This document shows, one piece after another, positions 60,222 through 64,000 of a stretch of DNA of 64,000 nucleotides (the first letter of the stretch is position 1; the number at the start of each line of letters is the position of its first letter). Origin of the DNA: Negaprion brevirostris. Lineage: Eukaryota. The notes below the pieces were generated by a model. It was not told where the DNA came from and did not search any database. It saw only the letters and a program-made list of their open reading frames with translations. The stretch is taken from NCBI GenBank assembly GCA_030324005.1, contig JARDVH010000167.1, positions 12,455,053-12,519,052 on the forward strand, in the 5' to 3' direction. A program made the translations under genes and the position numbers.

Positions 60222-61599
60222 CTATGAGTGGAAATTGAAAAGGTTTATCAATTACAATCTATTAATCACCATGCTGAACATAATTATTATGCTACTTGCA
60301 TTCATTTCTCAATCTACAGTACATGCCAAAATGATTCAATAAAGCGTTTTTAAAGTGCAGTTACTACTATAACACAGGCAAACCTATCAATCAATTGCGA
60401 CAGCCAAGTAACAGGCATAACATTGAGATAAATGACCAGATATTCCCTTCCTTTCTTCACCACAACTGACTTTAGTTTGAGGAATAAGATCTTGGATATG
60501 ATGCTGGGACAGCTCTGTGTCAAGTAGTGATGCACTCTTCTACATCCAGCTCAAGCAGATAGAGATTGAACCTCTGAGCTGCAAGGCAGCACCTCTGTCA
60601 GCACAACAATCCCTCAGAAACTGGACCCATCACCCTCTGACTCCAGAGGAGAGTTGCTACCAGTCAGTCAAAGTGGACCTACAATGGAAATAATACTTGT
60701 TTTTATAGTCCAGAAAACTAATGGGTGAAGGGTGATGTTGCAGCTACTNNNNNNNNNNGAGTGAAACAGAATAAGCATACAGCTTCTAACTCAGCCATCC
60801 AAGTTTCAGTGTGTCTGCTAAGCGCTCAAGCAAAAACCAAATTCATGCTCCCCACCTGCATATAATGAACATAACTGATTTACAATTAATACTTGTTCCA
60901 AGTACCACATCAGATTATTCCCTGCTCCATCCAATTCTCCATTGAATCAATTCCTGTATGTTGTCCATGCTGTCAAGATGAGTTGCTGATTTCAGCCTTT
61001 TGGCTAAAGTGGGGCTAAAGGGTTCAAGGGACAGAGAAGGAAAGGGGGAAAACAGGATTTGACGATCTGCCAATACCGAGATGAATGCCGGAGCAGGCTC
61101 GAAGGGCTGAATGGCCAAATCCTGCTTCTACTTTTTATGTAAGATGAAGCAGTAGATCAAGCCCAAGATGGGGTGTAATGCCTTACCTGGTCAGCTTGCA
61201 TCTTGTCTGTCTCCCTTGTGGGGACCATGAATTAGATTCAGTCTGGATTTTGATTTGATTTTNNNNNNNNNNNNNNNNNNNNNNNNNNNNNNNNNNNNNN
61301 NNNNNNNNNNNNNNNNNNNNNNNNNNNNACAAGATGGAATAAGTAACTGGAAAAAAAAGGGAACTGCTGAATGAACATTGGTTGTTTCTACCAAGAAAGG
61401 AATTGTGAGGTTGAGTAGATTGGTGTTTGTAAAATTGTGAGGTGCTGGGGATAAAGCACTGCTTGGTCCCTTTTCTATCTGCAGGAAATTTAAAAAATGC
61501 AAGTGCAGACAAAATGCTCAAAACTGAAACATTTGTATCGTAGGGCCAGGCAGCAGTGTTGCCAAGATGACAAACAGGCTTTTGAATGTTTTTGAATTC

Positions 61600-62241
61600 A
61601 GCCTAGCAAATTTGAATTCGGCACTTAGATTCCAAGAACCCATTAAATTTAAATCCTATGTTTTTGGCAACCAAGGACCAACCATATTGTGAGGGATATT
61701 GATATACCATCACAGGTATAAAAGGAAGGGGTAGTGCGGCAGAGGAGGTGAGCAACTGCCATCTGCCAGAGGAACAGCTGTTAATTCAGCTCTTAGCTTA
61801 ATTTATATCTTAAGGGAAAAGCCCATCTTGATATAGCAAGTGACAAAAAAGAAAGAAGGCAGAAGTTAGACAAAAGAATCAACAGAGAAAGCCCAGCATA
61901 TTCCAGAAAAGACAAAATCTCGTTGTAATTTACAGAGTGACTCAAATTTTATTTTTTTTGTTAATAATGGGAATTGTATTTATTTTAATAGCATTCCATT
62001 ACGATCGTGTTTATTCTGTTCATTAATAACTTAGCTAACTTGTTCACTGATAGATAAATAAATTGTTACTTGTTGACTTTAGAGAGTGTGTCAGGGAGTT
62101 ATTTTGATTTAACCACTAGAAGTTGCTGAAAAGCAGATTCACATTCACTTTTACAGATTATGAGGTGAGGTAGTCCTCTGTGAGTGGTTAGCAGTTAATA
62201 CTCGGCAGGTGGGTGGGGGAATCAGCCTCTGCTTCATAACA
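61600..62241 (+). mobile_element. Possible LTR fragment
   Basis: TATAAAA at about 61717, AATAAA at about 62057, ends ATAACA. 5' end and TSD not found. Confidence 0.3.
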
Positions 62242-62391
62242 GGGGTGAAATAAACAAATTCTAGAAATGGGGTGGAGGAAATGAAATCAAACAAGCTGTT
62301 TTGTGCATGAAGATTGGCACAGAAAAATCCAAATTAAAAGATCAAAAAAGAAGCCAGAAGGAGTATACATAACTGAATAATTCAAAAATAA

Positions 62392-62700
62392 AGACTTGCA
62401 TTTTTATACTCAGTTCACCACCTCAGGGTGACTGCAAGTCCTTTGCAGCCAACAAAATAGTTCTAAAGTAGCTCCACTGTTTTCATTTTGGAAATGTGAT
62501 GGGCAATCTGCAAGCTCTCGCAAACAGAAATATGATAATGACCAGATCATCTCTTTTCTTACTGATGTTATTTGGCATAAAAGAGGAAGAACGCCCATGT
62601 TTTTTTCAAATAGCAGTTTGGGATTTTTTCTCACCACCCAAGGGGACAGACAAGTCTCATCTGAAAGGTGGCACTTTAGAGTGGGAAGAAAAGCAGTACA
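62392..62700 (-). mobile_element. SacSINE1-like Deu-domain SINE
   Basis: ACTTGCATTTTTATA...CTTTGCAGCCAA...GATAATGACCAGATCATCT...TCTCATCTGAAAGGTGGCAC. Confidence 0.7.
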
Positions 62701-64000
62701 ACTTGCAATGCCCTCACCTGTTTTAACATGCAAATTGGCAGCTCACGTGAGGACCTCCTCACCATCTCGTGTATGGTCTCAAATGCTAATCAGGGAGACA
62801 TTTTGAGAACAAAACATGGAGGACAAAGATGGTCAATCTCCCCAAACGTTTACAAGTTCTGGCCAATAGTGCTAATCATGCCTTGGGTCCAATTTTCTTC
62901 CCAGTGCATAGATAAAAACAGTCCTCAAGTTTCACCGACTGCGTTGCACGTGCGATTGGAACAATTGTTAATTCCAAAGGCCAATTCTTGTGGATCCTAC
63001 TGGGCTTTACTTTGAGCAGTCAATTACTTTTCTAACTCATTGGTTTTTATTGCAGTCATAGAATTTCTAGGCGGGTATCGATAAACTGCTAGACCTCAAA
63101 CATACAAACACTTCTTAGCATGTATATGACAAAACTGAAACTTTTTATTTGCAAATCTTAAGCCAAAATGTCCACCATTCCCCACACCCTTCCTCATCTG
63201 AAACACAATGTTCGGTCTGATTTTCCTTCAGTGTTTTCAATTCCAAAGAAACTTGAAAAGAATTAACTGCGACTGCCAGGAATACCAGGGCTCAAGTTGG
63301 CTGCTTCCAAACAACACTTAGTTCATGAAATAGTCAATCACAAACCAGGGATACACTTTTTTTTCACAAGCTCCCAGTCTTTTCATCACAATCAAGTGAC
63401 GAATGACTGCTCGACCCACAGGGAGCTCCAGTTAATTTAACAGGCTGTCAAAGTGCTTTCAGAAAGAATTACAAGTTGGAGAGGAGATGACACAGAAGCA
63501 AAAATGTAAAAGAAAGTTTCACTACAACACAAATTTTGGACCAAATGCCTTTTGCCAAAGCTTTTATAATGATTCCACAACTGGGATTGTAGGCTTTAAT
63601 TACACTTAACTTGGATTGAGCAAACTATTTTCAACTTTGTCTGCCTTGTATTGCTTTGCCATTTTAGAAGGCAAAGACCAGCAATGAAGAGCCAATTTGC
63701 CTCTAACAAGTAATGACGTTTTTAATGGTTCTTTGTCTTGAGCTGTCTCAGACAAACAAAAAGCACCATTACAGATCATAGGCAGAATAACCATCCCCAA
63801 CACCCAAGCTGATGTGAGAGTAGAAGACTTCAGAGGCACTGAAGAAAGCAGCCATTAGAACATAGGAGAACAATAGTGATGGCAGCCTTCCCAGTCCTGC
63901 TCAATTGGGAAGGTCCTTCTGCTCAGATCTCTTCTGAGATCTTTTCAACCAAGTGGAGGGGTCCATGATGGAAGATCTTCAGCAGAGGGCAGGAAAACTG

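Noticed and set aside
61183-61262. Strong minus-strand donor CCAG|GTAAGG as a possible NSD3 exon end
   Set aside because: The upstream translation does not match PWWP1, and it abuts a gap and an (AAATC)n Rex1-type tail.
1-64000. Prokaryotic systems (CRISPR arrays, operons, defence islands) or functional tRNA/rRNA genes
   Set aside because: The sequence is a spliced vertebrate locus with no spacer-repeat arrays; A/B boxes belong to SINE heads or degenerate tRNA-like pieces.

Overview
Eukaryotic (vertebrate) genomic DNA, almost certainly a shark, judged by its repeats: HE1/V-SINEs, SacSINE1-like Deu-SINEs, CR1, Rex1 and Penelope-derived repeats. The scaffold has many N gaps. Two spliced genes lie tail-to-tail. 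(1) MRPS24 on + has three coding exons read by eye (11218-11283, 12483-12594, 13039-13322); exon 1 is probably in the gap at 9649-9998 next to a CpG island. (2) NSD3/WHSC1L1 (H3K36 methyltransferase) on - has 19 coding exons from 60221 down to the stop at 27796, all GT-AG and phase-compatible, plus a probable long 3'UTR reaching about 20.45 kb; its 5' exons lie beyond the window. Most of the remaining sequence is decayed transposons, and most listed ORFs are noise. I see no convincing new protein system. The most interesting signals are: minimal hammerhead-ribozyme cores in two families of Penelope-derived repeats, including head-to-head palindromic pairs inside NSD3 introns; a tRNA-like cluster at the 5' end of a CR1 LINE; tail-swapped V-SINEs; an NSD3-specific in-frame cassette exon splitting a PHD finger; dual donors at the exon where NSD3-short branches off in mammals; and a possible divergent first exon at the MRPS24 CpG island. 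Comparisons with human proteins and repeat consensuses are from memory, not from alignments. Exon numbers follow my recollection of human NSD3, and repeat boundaries are approximate.
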